A stretch of 64,000 bases of DNA from the human T2T-CHM13v2.0 reference genome, Homo sapiens. This document shows, in pieces, positions 1 to 13,354 of the stretch; within the stretch, counting starts at the first letter, position 1, and every line of letters starts with the position of its first letter. A model generated the notes under the pieces. It did no database searches. It was not told where the DNA came from and was given only the letters and a program-made list of their open reading frames with translations. The position numbers and the translations under genes are program-made. Location: assembly GCF_009914755.1 (NCBI RefSeq), contig NC_060941.1. One strand, 5' to 3'.

Positions 1-879
1 GCTCTCCAGTATGAGGTGTCTGTCAGCCCCTACTGGGAGGTGTCTCCCAGTCCGGCTACACAGGGGTCAGGGATCCAGTTCAGGAGGCAGTCTGTTCATT
101 ATCAGAGCTTGAACACTGTGCTGGAAGAACCACTGCTCTCTTCAGAGCTGTCAGGCAGGGACGTTTAAGTCTGCTGAAGCTGTGCTCACAGCTGTCCCTT
201 CCCCCAGGTGCTCTGTCCCAGGGAGATGGGGGTTTTATCTATAAGTCCCTGACTGGGGCTGCTGTCTTTTGTTCACAGATGCCCTGCCCACAGAGGTGCA
301 ACCTAGAGAGGCAATCGGCCTTGCTGAGCTGTGGTGGGCTCCACCCAGTTCGAACTTCCCAGCTGCTTTGTTTACACTGTGAGCATAAAATCACCTACTC
401 AAGTCTCAGCAATGGCGGATGCCCCTACCCCAACCAAGCTCGAGCATCCCAGGTTGATCTCAGACTGCTCCACTAGCAGCGAGAATTTCAAGCCAATGGA
501 TCTTAGCTTGCTGGGCTCTTTGGGTGAGGGACCCACTGAGCCAAGCACCGGAGGGAATCTCCTGGTCTGCCAATTGCAAAGACCATGGGAAAAGCACAGT
601 ATCTGGGCAGGAGTGTACCTTTCCTCCTGGTACAGTGTCTCACAGCTTCCCTTGGCTAGGAAAGGAAAATCCCCCAACCCCTTGTGCTTCCCAGGTGAGG
701 CGATGCCCCACCCTGCTTCAGCTCACCCTCCGTGGGCTGCACTGACTGTCCAACCAGTCCCAGTGAGATAAACCAGTTACATCATTGGAAATGCAGAAAA
801 TCACCTGCCTTCTGCATTGATCTCACTGCGAGCTGCAGATTGGAGCTGTTCCTATTCGGCCATCTAGCCGGAAAATCCC
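1..879 (-). mobile_element. LINE-1 (older L1PA, approx. L1PA7/8) 5' UTR; element continues beyond window start
   Basis: The reverse complement from 879 reads GGGATTTTCCGGCTAGATGGCCGAATAGGAACAGCTCC...GCAGAAGGCAGGTGATTTTCTGCATTTCC. This matches the L1PA 5' end, including the YY1 core (plus strand 857-866). The remainder matches the L1PA 5' UTR. Confidence 0.93.
412..771 (+). other. L1 ORF0-homologous antisense ORF (119 aa), expression unknown
   Basis: ATG at 412 in gcaATGg context. The translation MADAPTPTKLEHPRLISDCSTSSE...GEGPTEP resembles primate L1 ORF0 (MAGAPPPASLPPCSLISDCCASN...GVGPSEP, from memory). Confidence 0.55.
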
Positions 880-2899
880 ACTTTCAGTTTTTTGAGTTAC
901 CCTCAGTTTCCGTGCTTTTTCTGTTTATGTGTGGACATCTTCTCAAAACAGTTTATAACCATTTGTGTGTGTGTACCCTTGTTCAACTTCGCTTTTCATT
1001 CTCCATGAGTTCCATATTTCCTGAATTACCAAAGCATTTAAGCAGAGTGGATTTTGTTAGGGATCTCAGGAATTTCAATGCACTATTAAATTTTATGTTT
1101 TAGTTTGGGGCTCTTAAACTTGTAGGTAGTATAAATTAAGACTCCATACCTACATACATTGAATGCCTGGGCTTTTCATATTTACTTTCCTGCCCAAAGT
1201 CCACACAAAAGAAAAGCTTTTTAATTGTTTCCTTTGCTGAAAGATTGGATGAGATTTTTAGTTCATAAGGATAGACAGAATTGTGGGGCTTCAGGTTTAG
1301 GCAGGGAGAAAAGTTCTAGTTTCCTGTCTAAATTTCATCCATAATTATATCCTTAGAATCTCTTCCTTGTCTAAATATCTCATAGGTCTTCAATTTATCA
1401 GCCTATCTACCATTGTGATTTTATTTATTTCAAGTACCTCAGGGATTTGTCTCTTTCATCTGCCTCGGTTGCACATTTTAAATGTTATCAAGCATCGTTT
1501 TTGTGTGTTTACAGTTAACTATGTGAGCAGAGTTGGCCATGTCACCTGAGTCTAATCATTGGTTTGAAGTACAAAGAATTTAGTTATAAGTAGTAATGGG
1601 CATAAGGTATAGAACTGTGGATGATGAAAAACTATCCCTCTCTATTTCTAGGTAAGCAAACCAAAATATACACCTTGTTTTAAGTGGCTTATTATTTATA
1701 TATTATACAATATAAAGACTCTGCTTTTCTTGTGTCGGGTATCCAGATATGTTATTCTAATATATTAGATGAATATTCAAAGCTTCTAGGAAGGGCATTT
1801 TACATTTCTATTGTGAAATATGAAGAGCTGTTGGACTTATTGAGTGAAAAGTAAAACCCATCCAAATGTGTCTCTAATTAAATAGTTTTGCATTATTAAT
1901 CTGGTAGAGTTTAAACTTTTGTTTTAAAATAGGTTTTGAGCTTTAAAATTCCCTCAGCAAAAAAAAAAAAAGCCACTGCAAGGATAATTCTGAACTTTCT
2001 TGAGCCTATGAGTACATGTCTAGTTTGAAGGTCACTATTTCCTAATAAAAAAAAAAATGAGGTGTGACAAAGTGATAAGCTTGGTTTTTAACAAGAACAC
2101 AATACTATACATAACAAATGAATTTTTCTCACATTTATTGGATAATTAATTTATTTAGAGTCTCTTGTCCCTACTTAATAATGCAGAACTTCAGCTACTG
2201 CCATACCCACCTCCCTCTTCCCTTGCTTTTTTCTTCTTAGTATTTTTGGAACCATCTAAAAGGTTTCAAACAGTTACCCTGAGGGGCCTGCAAGTTTTAG
2301 CCCCAACCCCTAAGTAATTAACCTCCTCTATTCCATTCCTTGCTTTTTCCTCCCAAGTAATGATTCCTACGGGTTTATTTTCTTTCATTCCTTTCACTTA
2401 CCTTCCCATCATGACGTCAACCAACATGGAGCTTCTTTAAAAGGTATGCACCCACCGTGCACTTCTGCCTCTCTCACTGGCCATGGAGTGTGCTTAACAT
2501 CCAGCAAGTTCCTGCTGCCTGCACTGATGTGCTAGATTTTTTGGTTTGTGCACAGATTTAATGTAAAATAGAAAAAAAAATGTTTTTTTCTTGTCTCTGT
2601 TTTTTGTTTGTTTTTTAGTATTATACTTAAAAATTTTACTATCAAGGCAGAGCTGCTTATTCTCTAGTGTCTTATAACAGTCATAGGAAGGAAACCACTG
2701 TTAAATTTTTGCTTGTAGTTTTCCCTACCTCAAGGGTGACTCAAGATACTTGTGAGCTGGGGATTGGGTCAAAAAAAAATAAAATGTCTTTAATCTTTCT
2801 TTCAAAGAGATTCCAGTATATCCTACAGCTTTGGCATCCTTGGCAGTGACTACCTCACAAACTCAACGTGATAACTCTATCTTTTGTTCAAAAACCACT

Positions 2900-3500
2900 T
2901 ATGAAGGTGTCAGCTGGGTTTGGTGACTCATTTGTAACAAATAAAGTAGGAGAAGAAAACTCGCAACTCTAAAGTGAAGAAACCTGGAAGACATCACCTT
3001 AGCCAACTGATCACATTTAACATGATCAGTAAAAAGTCCTGTTAACACCAGATTCATAATGTGATGAAAGGGCTCTTCACCTCCACGGTATTCTTCTCCA
3101 AAAGCAATAAACCCAGTGTAGACATGAGAAAGCATTAAATAAATCCAAACTGAAGGTCGCTTTGCAAAATAACTGACCAGTACTCTTAAAGGAAGTAAGG
3201 TCATGACAAGAAAAGAAAGACTGAGAAACTGTCACAGACTACAGGAGACTGAGGAGCCATGGGAACTAAATACAGCATGGTATCCTGGATCAAATCACAG
3301 AACAGAAAAAAGCCATGGTGAAAAAACTGGTAAAATTCAAATAAATAATTCCATGTAGGTATTTGTATTCTATCCACATTAATTTTTTAGTTTCAATAAA
3401 TATACCATGATTTTATATTATGTAAAAACTAGGGGAAACAGGACATTACTAATTATCTTTACAACTCTCCTCTAAACCTAAAAATATTTTAAATGTTTTT
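2900..3500 (+). mobile_element. Old LINE-1 3' end fragment (L1MC/L1MD-like)
   Basis: ctgaccagtactc...aaggtcatgac...gaaagactgagaaactgtcacagac...ggtatcctggat motif string typical of the L1MC 3' UTR. Confidence 0.75.
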
Positions 3501-3794
3501 GTAAACAAAATATTAAGCTCCTCTAATTCAAAAATCTCATATTAATAGAACCTCACTAGGCTGTGCTAGACCTACTTTTAAGAACTAGGTCACCATATCC
3601 TTGGAGAAAAAGTGATATATTCTGAACCCAAAGATAATCTGTTGTATTCTGGATGTTTTTTCCTGAAGGGAACGACCCTTAATTAAGTCAATAGTCAAGA
3701 GTCATCACTTACTGGAAGAACCTCATTACCTGCCTAGTGTTTTAATCAGAACTTGAATTTAAGCAACCAATGGCATATTTAGTTGGATAAACTA

Positions 3795-4112
<318 letters not shown>

Positions 4113-6214
4113 CAAAGACTTTCTCAAAGGGCAGAAAACTTTCATAAATTCTTGTGACATATACTGTAGCCGACTGCAATACAAATGAGGCAGGCTGTCA
4201 AACTTCTGTATAAAATCTGATCCCACCATCTATCCAATACCAACAAAAGTCTGATTTCCATTAAGGTGGAAGACTTGTGATGATGTAGTATTTTGTATTC
4301 TGTTCCTTCCAAATGGCAGAGCATCTTCAAAAAAATACATTAGGGTACATTTAGGTATTTCATTACACTTTGCTGGGATAAATGGGCCCTGGATTTTTAC
4401 ACTGGAGGTCTATTTATTGGAAGAATAAATGACATATGCTTTTGACTTTATATTTCTTTAAAATCAATCATTCTGTGTTTAGACTCTTCTCCAAATTGCA
4501 GAAGCAGATTAATGCTGCAATTATCTGTGTTAGTAACTGAATGACTCTGATAGCAAACCTCAAAGACATATTGATTTCACAACCTTTCTAAATAAATACC
4601 CCCTCTCACCAATCTCAAGTAAATAGCCACCTTCTGCCCTAAACACTTAATAACAAAGTGGTCTCTTAGGATTGAAGAAAGTCACGACACTGTTCACTCA
4701 TCCAAAACTTCCCTTGCTAAAACCATTTTTTCTTCTTTTTATTCCTATATTTCCATCAGTTTTTAACTCACACAAACCTCACCTTTCTACCACATTACAC
4801 TGGACCCATTGCAATATCCTTTTCTGCCTTGCTTCCAACCCTTCATTCAGAAGTTGCATGCCCAGGCAAAAGATAGCACTAGTTATTGCACACCAAGTTA
4901 CAAATATCTCTAATGATTAGCATGATTATATAATTTAACATCTAAATGACAGCCCTTTTGAGATTAAGTGGGGACATAAACCAAATGGGATACTAGGACA
5001 AAAGGCATAAAGTGACACTGTCCATGAGAATGTGGCATATGGTCATCCTCCTGATAAAACTCAATGTGAGGCTTTCCTCTAAGAAAAAGGAAAGTTTCAT
5101 CAAGTGAAGACTTAAATTTAAAAAACAATAATTTGTAAATTTTTAATCTCAAATAACAAGCTGAAGTCACAGGATTTTACCCACTAAGGGAGATCTTGCC
5201 TGAACTAAAATAATATGTCTATTTTCTATCTTCAGTTCTTCATCTTTTAGGAAACTCTAGTAAGACAGTAACAAATGTAATTAAAAATTACTTGCACATG
5301 TAGTCTTTTAATTTAAAGTACTATAATAGCTATTATCTTTCTTAAACTGTGTAAGAACTCTTGCGCTTGTGCAGATTGACATTGCTCCTTTTGTAGATGA
5401 GGACAGTGAGTCAAAATTTAAGACTAGGATGCTGTCTATTTATTTTTCAGTCAAAAAAAAAAAGAGGACACTAACTACCTTCATTCTTTTATCTGTCAGA
5501 CTCTGTGTTGGAGATTAAGATGAAGATGATGCAGCCTCTTCTTCCATGTTGCTTATGGTCAAAGTGGAAGAGATAGACAGGTATTGTAGACAAGACTCAC
5601 TTTTTGTATCCAGTATATTTTGTATTAAAGCATAGCAACCTACTTACATTCTAAATCTGCTATGACAGCTGCCCATATTTTTCAATAGCTTCATATACAA
5701 TTTTTGGAGCTTTAGACACAGCTAAAGTTGTGTTTAGACAAAGGTAAAGTTTTTGTTCTTTTGTTGTTAACTTTTTTTTTGTTCTCTGAGAAATCAGGGA
5801 AGAGATCTTTTCTATGGACCAAAAAAATAAGGGAGGTAAGTTTCTGAATGGGCTCCTTTCTAGAGAAACATATGACAGTAGTGATTATAGACTAATGGCC
5901 AGGTGAGCTAGGCACTTATGTGATGTCTCAAGAGTGCGACTTATCAAAAAAGAATAAAGACACACGTTGACTACAAATGAAAATATTGGAAGCACGCTGG
6001 GTTAAACCAAGGTAAGTTGAATTAGGTCATAAGGAACAAAAACCAGGTGGCTCAGCAGTGGGCAAGGGTACTTTTAAGATAGCTTTGGAAAAATACTTTT
6101 GTTTTTAAAAACTGATGCTAAATCGATCAGCTTTATTTAAAATTTTTGCAATTACTTTAAAGCAACCACCACAGGTAAGTATGCAGAATAGTCTTGATTT
6201 ATCATACTCAAAAT

Positions 6215-6325
6215 GGGATCTAGCATCATTGGCATCACTGGGGAGCCTTTCAAGACTGCAAAATATCAATTGAACAAGATGCCCAGGTTATTCCTATATG
6301 CAGTAGACTTTAAGAAGCACTGTTA
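6215..6325. mobile_element. MER5-like (hAT-Charlie) DNA transposon fragment
   Basis: gcatcactggggagc...aacaagatgcccaggttattc...tttaagaagcactg resembles MER5. Confidence 0.5.
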
Positions 6326-6899
6326 TAATGGGATAATTTATACAATGCACTCTCAGATCATATTTTAAGAGTTGCAAGTTTTCATAATACCCTTGCAGAG
6401 GATCCAGGCCAGACCTACATAGAACAGTTGTTTGAATAGGAAGTGGCTCAAGTTTCCCAATAAAGCAAAGAAAACTTTTAAAATGACAGCTTTGTCTCTG
6501 AAAAGCAATGGCTTATTGCCAATATTCTGTTTTGGTGATTGCCAAGTAGGTCTGACCTTTATTGTACCTAGCATAGATTGCAGTTCCTCTTCCAAACTTT
6601 CATTCCCATGGGGGCAGTTAACAAACTGATTCCAATTGTTTGTTTCATGTTCTTGTGAATTCACCATAGACAGCATATTAACTAGGTCATGTTATGGGAA
6701 TGGCATATGCTAAAACTTTTAATAAAGGTGGTGGTGGCAGGAGATACCACTTTGTTTCACTTTTGTTGTTTGAGTGAAAAAGACATCCTTTGGGTAATTT
6801 ATCAGGCACTGGATATTTAAGAAATTTGCTTGGGGGAAAAAACTTATGGTCAATGACTTCTTAGGACCCTACATTTTTAAAGTTCTCCAAATGCAGTGT

Positions 6900-7255
6900 A
6901 GGATAAAGAGCATGATTATGAAACTGGGCAATCTAATATTACCCTTATAAGCTACATGACTTCCAGAAAGTTACTTAACATCTCAAAGTTTCCATTTTCT
7001 TATCTATAAGATAGAGATAATTATATTTACCTTGAAGGAGAGTGGTGAGATATAACAAGATTTTATATATATATATATATATATATATGTCAGATATATA
7101 CATGTCAGATATATATATGTCAGATATATATATGTCAGATATATGTATGTGTCATGTATATGTCAGATATATATATGTCAGATATAAATATATATGTGTC
7201 AGATATATATATCTGAAGTACCTAGCCCCTGTTTAGCCCTTTATAAATGTTAGTT
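6900..7255 (+). mobile_element. MIR SINE interrupted by a minisatellite
   Basis: MIR core aagttacttaacatctc...tttccattttcttatctataag; MIR-like 3' end ataaatgttag resumes after 7213. Confidence 0.65.
7065..7213. repeat. (TA)n plus approx. 15-bp minisatellite ATATATATGTCAGAT
   Basis: GTCAGAT at 7089, 7104, 7119, 7134, 7162, 7177 and 7198, embedded in TA runs. Confidence 0.92.
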
Positions 7256-7660
7256 TTTTTTTCATTTATTGTCACCCTATTTCTCTAAACTGATAAAAGT
7301 GTGAAGGAAAAACCATTTGAGCTGTTTATTTTCTTATTATATCATCTTGGAAAGCACAAACAACCAGGGGAAAGAGACTGCATAAATGGAATGAATATTA
7401 CATTTTAAACATGATGATATCATATATTCAAACAATACTGTTAGAATCTTATTAAGCTGGGAGCACATTATACTATCCTTAAGTTCTCTGCTATAAAAAT
7501 ACCTAATATGCTAGCTTATGAGGTTTCAAAACAGCCGCAGACACATTTACAAAGAACATATTTATTTCCAACCTACCATCTACTTTGAGCTCTCACTTTC
7601 AGACAACAAACCTCTCCCAAGCAGCAATATCATCCCCTGCCATCCTACATATACACAAAA

Positions 7661-7986
7661 TGTTGCAGGACTTTTCCTTAGTTCAGCTAAAGACGGGGTT
7701 CTTTGTCCCACAGCCACAAAAATTCAGGCTCACAAACAATGTGAATGGTAAATGGTAAAACAGGGTTTTATTGGGTAAAAAGGAAGTAAAGGGGGAACCA
7801 GCGACTCTCCCAAGGCCAAAGTCCCTGCTAGAGTGCTTCCCACCCACAGCTTGAATCCCAGATTCCACACAAGAAGAGGAGGAGGCCGACTTTTCCCCAC
7901 TGCAAAGGGCATGAACTTCTGTGGCTCCACCCCAGTGCATAGGGCGGTTGGGGTTTTTCCAGGGAGCCCCTCCCACCTGGCTCTCA
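7661..7986 (-). mobile_element. 3' LTR (MER61-like)
   Basis: The minus strand ends ...agctgaactaaggaaaagtcctgcaaca and begins tgagagccaggtgggagggg. Confidence 0.88.
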
Positions 7987-8504
7987 TTGTGACACTCCCA
8001 GATAACTGGTAGCAATAGTTATGGTTGCTAGGACTTGGGTGCATGATGCTGGCTTTGGTTAGTTCCCTTGGTCTTACTTTCCCAAAAAGGAAACCTCTGG
8101 GCAACAGGCACCCTATTTATTCTCTATTTATTCCATTACCTGGCAGGATTTGCAGGATAATTGTTCAGAACTAGAATATTAATCCAGATTTCTACATTAC
8201 CCATCCCTCTTGTTCTTTCTGAGCTGCAGCCAGGGATTGATGGTTGGTTCACAGGAGCAAGTAAGGTTAGTCTAAAGTGTAGGCAAAAACTTAAAAACAA
8301 CTAATGAGTTTAGAATGTAATGACAAACGTATGGTAAGTTTTGGAACATAATTTCTCTCCAGTCCCCATTTTTGTTAAAAAAAAAATTATGATAAGGACT
8401 GAGTGGTTTGCAAAATAGACATTAGCCTTATACTTGGCCTGATTACCTGCATAAAGTGAAGCAAGAATAACTATTTCTACATAGGTCTTTTGGATTGGCT
8501 TTGA

Positions 8505-8852
<348 letters not shown>

Positions 8853-11105
8853 AGATAAGACCTTTAAAAGCTGAGCCCAACCATGGGTTTGTAACCTCAA
8901 AACACGTATGAGTTGGGTGATTCTCTCCTCTTAAGGACCCAAGATAAACTGGGAGCTCCTAGACTTGTTAGAAAGTGACATTTTTTTACAGACCACAGGT
9001 CAGGAGCCCTGTACAGGGACTGCGTAGATGAAGGTATGAGGCCAGTTTCCCCCATGGGGCATTTACAGGCTCTGCAAGTCAAGATTGACTCCTTAAAGGG
9101 AAGCACACCCTTCCAGTCAAAGCTTTGGTAAAATAATCACTTTCTCCAATTGTGTTCTGTTGCAAAAGAAAAATTGATTCTTATTGTACGGATGCAAACA
9201 ACTATATTGCCAGGAGAATACTCACAGACAGTTTCCAAATTTTAGAGGAACCAGGCAGAGAGAAACAAGCATGCTTCAAATTTTGATCATAGGGGGTATA
9301 ACTTACTCAATTATTAAAGGCTGTAAATAGTTCAAAATAAGTTTCCTTGACTCTGAACAACAAAACAAGGATCAGCAATATTCCAAGCAAAAGTCAAAAA
9401 GATTTGCTTCAGCTTCCTGAGTTCAGTCCATTTAGTTAACTCATTTTGCTTGACATTCGTGAACATTTCAGCTCTCTGAGTCCTGTACATTTTCCTTTAT
9501 TCCAATGTTACAATCTCTAAAGTTGTTAAAAGGCTGTATTTGAGAGCACCTGTTAAAGTTATATAGCTCATTATAAACCATCCTTTGAAAAGGATTAAAT
9601 AAGACAACAATTGTCTGTGAATTGCAAAATGTCCAGGGTAGTTACAGTTAGAAACACAACTGATAAAGAAGTTTGGTTATCTCTGTGGTTTACAATAACA
9701 TAACATAAAAACCTTAATTATGATTCATAGCATATACTCGGACATTAGAATTTTAGATGCCCCATACAATTTTGGAACATATATTAGCATTAATCACCAA
9801 AATATAACCTAAAGAAGATTGGCATCATTTTGGCAATCCCACGTACCTAAACATGTCAACTAATCCTGTTTACCTGTTATTTCTGGACACTGATCAGGGG
9901 CCCTCTGAAGTATTCCAAAAGCTAGGTGCCAGGGAAGACAATTTTGAAACTGAAGTTTGATTTGGGGAAGGCTGTTAAATGTTCAAGGTTTAAAACACTT
10001 GGTATTATGAAATAGAATTCCAGACTAGCACCAGTTATTTATTTTTGCCGGAATGATAACTCAGAAATTCTAAAGAAGCAAAAACCTTTTATAACCGTTT
10101 ACAAATTTTGCCAGAGAGCATGTTAGCACCTTAGGAACACCTTGTTACGCTTTTATTTCAATGCCCAATTTACAGAAAAAAACATGTAATACTCCTTTTT
10201 TAATTTAGTTAATATGTTCACATAGAGAACCTCTTCTGCAAGATTAATTTCCACAATTATTCCACCGCTTCTCTGAAACTTCATCTTTTTCCTAATTTAA
10301 CTCAAAACAATCCTTTAACACTAGGCAAAAGTTTACATTTCCATGCCTTCTTATAACTTTTTACAAAAACACACACACATACACATTTTACTGTTTTTAC
10401 ACTCCTTGCGTGTACATCTATTTCTAGTAGTTTCAATTAAATCCTAGAAATTTTAACTTTAAGGTAAAACTTGCTAAGTTGGCTTTAATTGTGTGCTAAC
10501 TGCAGCCAAGGTGTGCCTTCATGGTTAGTTCCATAGGTCCCCTAGCCTTACCAGTTGTGAAGCCGGCAAGTCAAATAGTTTTCAAAACCCAAAAAGCAGT
10601 TTGTAACTTCAAAACACATAGCAAACCTTGCATCTGACCTGCATTTTACCAATAGTCTTTAGGGCTGTTTATATTTGTTAACGAGTAAAGTCACATGAAC
10701 TGAAAGATACCACAGCTTTTATCTTCCCTTTGAAAAATATTAGATGCAAGCAATTGCCTTTCTTTAGACCAAATTAATTAGAGCTCTTTTTACAGACATT
10801 ACACACAACACACACAGGCAGAAGAAAACCCAGTCTCTGTGTAGGGCCCTTTAAAAGACAGGGCTAGGCAACTATGCAGATATCTAACCTGAGAGTGCTC
10901 ATCCACTAAGGTAGGGTTGCTAAACAAAGCCCTGCCAAGTAGTTACTGGCCATGTCCCCAGGATGTAAAACAAGATGAAAGCTTGATTTCACAACCAAAA
11001 CTTGGCAGAGAATACAATGACAGTTTGGGGGACGGGGGGGCGGGGCGGAGAGGCAGGCGGGTGGGGGCTAACCTAGTAAAATTCTTCTGAAAGAAAAAAA
11101 AAAAC

Positions 11106-11452
<347 letters not shown>

Positions 11453-11765
11453 TTACAGTTTAAAAATGCCTGAGGAAGAACCTCTTATTCTTATGCAAGT
11501 GGTTCCTCCACCAGGGAGAAAGTTTAATTCCTGTCCTATGGAGCTGAATCTCTTGGCTGGAAAAGCGGAAGGCTCCAGCAGCAGCACTTGGTGGCTAGGA
11601 CCCTTGGGCCATGCGTCCCAGCCCCTGCAGGGAGCGGGAGCGGCGTGGAACTGCTGCTCGACAGTCCCTCCTGAAAAAGGAAGGAAAAGGCCATGAGGAT
11701 GAAAAGGCTCAGAAGGGAGAAGGAAAAAGAATTCTCGGTTTGCATCTTACTCACCACTTCTCCAG

Positions 11766-11783
11766 CCCCCAAGTTGCATGCCA
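11766..11783 (-). promoter_or_regulatory. Degenerate primer-binding site (tRNA-Lys-like)
   Basis: Minus strand TGGCATGCAACTTGGGGG, a 13/18 match to TGGCGCCCAACGTGGGGC, 4 nt inside the LTR. It is followed by a GTG|GTGAGT donor at 11754. Confidence 0.6.
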
Positions 11784-11787
11784 AAAA

Positions 11788-12122
11788 TGTTTCAGGAATT
11801 TTCTGTAGTTCAGCTAAAGACGAGGTTCTTGTCCGTCCCACGGCCATGAAAATTTAGACTCTCAGATGGTTTAAAGGGCGAGTAAAGCAGGGTTTTAATG
11901 GGTGAAAAGAGGCAAAAAAGGGGGGAAACACGCACTCTTCGAAAGCCCGAGTTCCTCTGCTAAAGTGCTTCCCGCCAGGCCAATCGAATCCCAGGTTCCA
12001 CACAGGAAGAGGAGGGGCCAGGATCCTCCCTGCTGCAAATGGCGGGAACTTCCTGAGGTTCCACCACAGCGGATAGGCTGGCTGCATTTCTCGGAGGAAT
12101 CCCCTCCCATCTGGCTGTCGCA
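11788..12122 (-). mobile_element. 5' LTR (MER61-like), CpG-rich
   Basis: Homologous to 7661-7986; the adjacent PBS identifies it as the 5' LTR. Confidence 0.88.
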
Positions 12123-12989
12123 AAAATGCTCCAGGCTTCATTTTTTTCCACATTGCTTTTGATCTATCAGGATTATTTACCACCCCTATTTACCATTGCT
12201 TTCAATTATAAACATAATAAAACAAAATAACTCCTATTACTAGCAATAAATGACGTAAAGAATATCCTTACCTTACCTTAACAGGTATTGTGTATATATT
12301 TTAGCAGAAATTTATGGGGGTGATATTTCAACCCCCATGGAGTGTCTTTGTCCGTATTACAAATATGGACATGGAGTAATTTGTCCATATTAGATATAGA
12401 GGTAAGAGAGGGAGAGAGAAGGCATTGAGGGGAACAAACTCGAAGGGTAGCTTCTAGTTCTCCTTTGATCACCTACTGTTTACATGAGGACTTGACTATA
12501 GTAACCAATATTTAGTGATCCAATATTTAAATACTTTTAAATCTGAAACAATTTATTTTTAAGCAAAATTCTTCACAGTACTCATCAATATGTATTCTTG
12601 TCAATTATTTTTTTAATAAGAAAAAATAGTCATTTGGTTTAATCTTTTTAAAGAGGTTGTAAAGATGAGATACTATAAAAGCTTTATAGCTGAGATCCTG
12701 ATTAGAATACACCTATGAGTTTTGTTAACAATTAAAGCAAAGTTCCAAGCTAGGAAGAAATTGGCGCTTATAAGTATTTTAAAACTGTTTCTTCCAAAAG
12801 TTAATACATAAAATAACTTTTTTCTCACCAAAAACATAGCAAAAAAACCCTATAAAACCAGCATGGAGTGGCAATATAGGTCTTACTACAAAATGAACAG
12901 CACTATATTCTCATTTTTGCCTGTCACATCATTCTATTATTGATCAAGGGAGAAAGTAGTCTAAAATTCCACACGGAGCTGTTAATACC

Positions 12990-13354
12990 TGTGGTTTGGG
13001 GACTTTTTTGGGGGTACTGCTATAATAAAATACCTTATAATGAGTAATATATAAACAATAGAAATTTATTTTTCACAATTCTGGAAACAGAAGTCCCAGA
13101 TTAAGGTGCTGGCAAATTTGGTGTCTGGTGAGGGTTCGTTTCTCATAGATGGTTCCATATTGATATTCTCACTTAGAGAAGGAGCTGGAAGATTTGGGAA
13201 GTCTTTAAGGCCCCTTTTATAAGGGCATTAATCCCATTAATGAAAGCAGAGCCCTCATCACCTACCACCTCCCAAAGTGTCTACCTTCCATCACCTCAGG
13301 GCTTAAGTTTCAACATATAAATTTTACAGGAGCATGTACATCCAAACCATAGCA
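12990..13354 (-). mobile_element. MaLR solo LTR (MLT1A/MST-like)
   Basis: aatttatttttcacaattctgga...ggtgtctggtgaggg...taatcccattaatga...ccaaaccatagca. Confidence 0.82.

Noticed and set aside
5791-5835. Possible + strand mini-exon ending GAG|GTAAGT
   Set aside because: The acceptor is GAG, which is rare and weak; insufficient support.
7042-7236. ORF with MSDIY repeats
   Set aside because: Translation of the 15-bp minisatellite.
7900-7920. p53 response element expected in some MER61 LTRs
   Set aside because: Only GGGCATGAAC (an imperfect half-site) in the 3' LTR and no counterpart in the 5' LTR; no paired RRRCWWGYYY seen.
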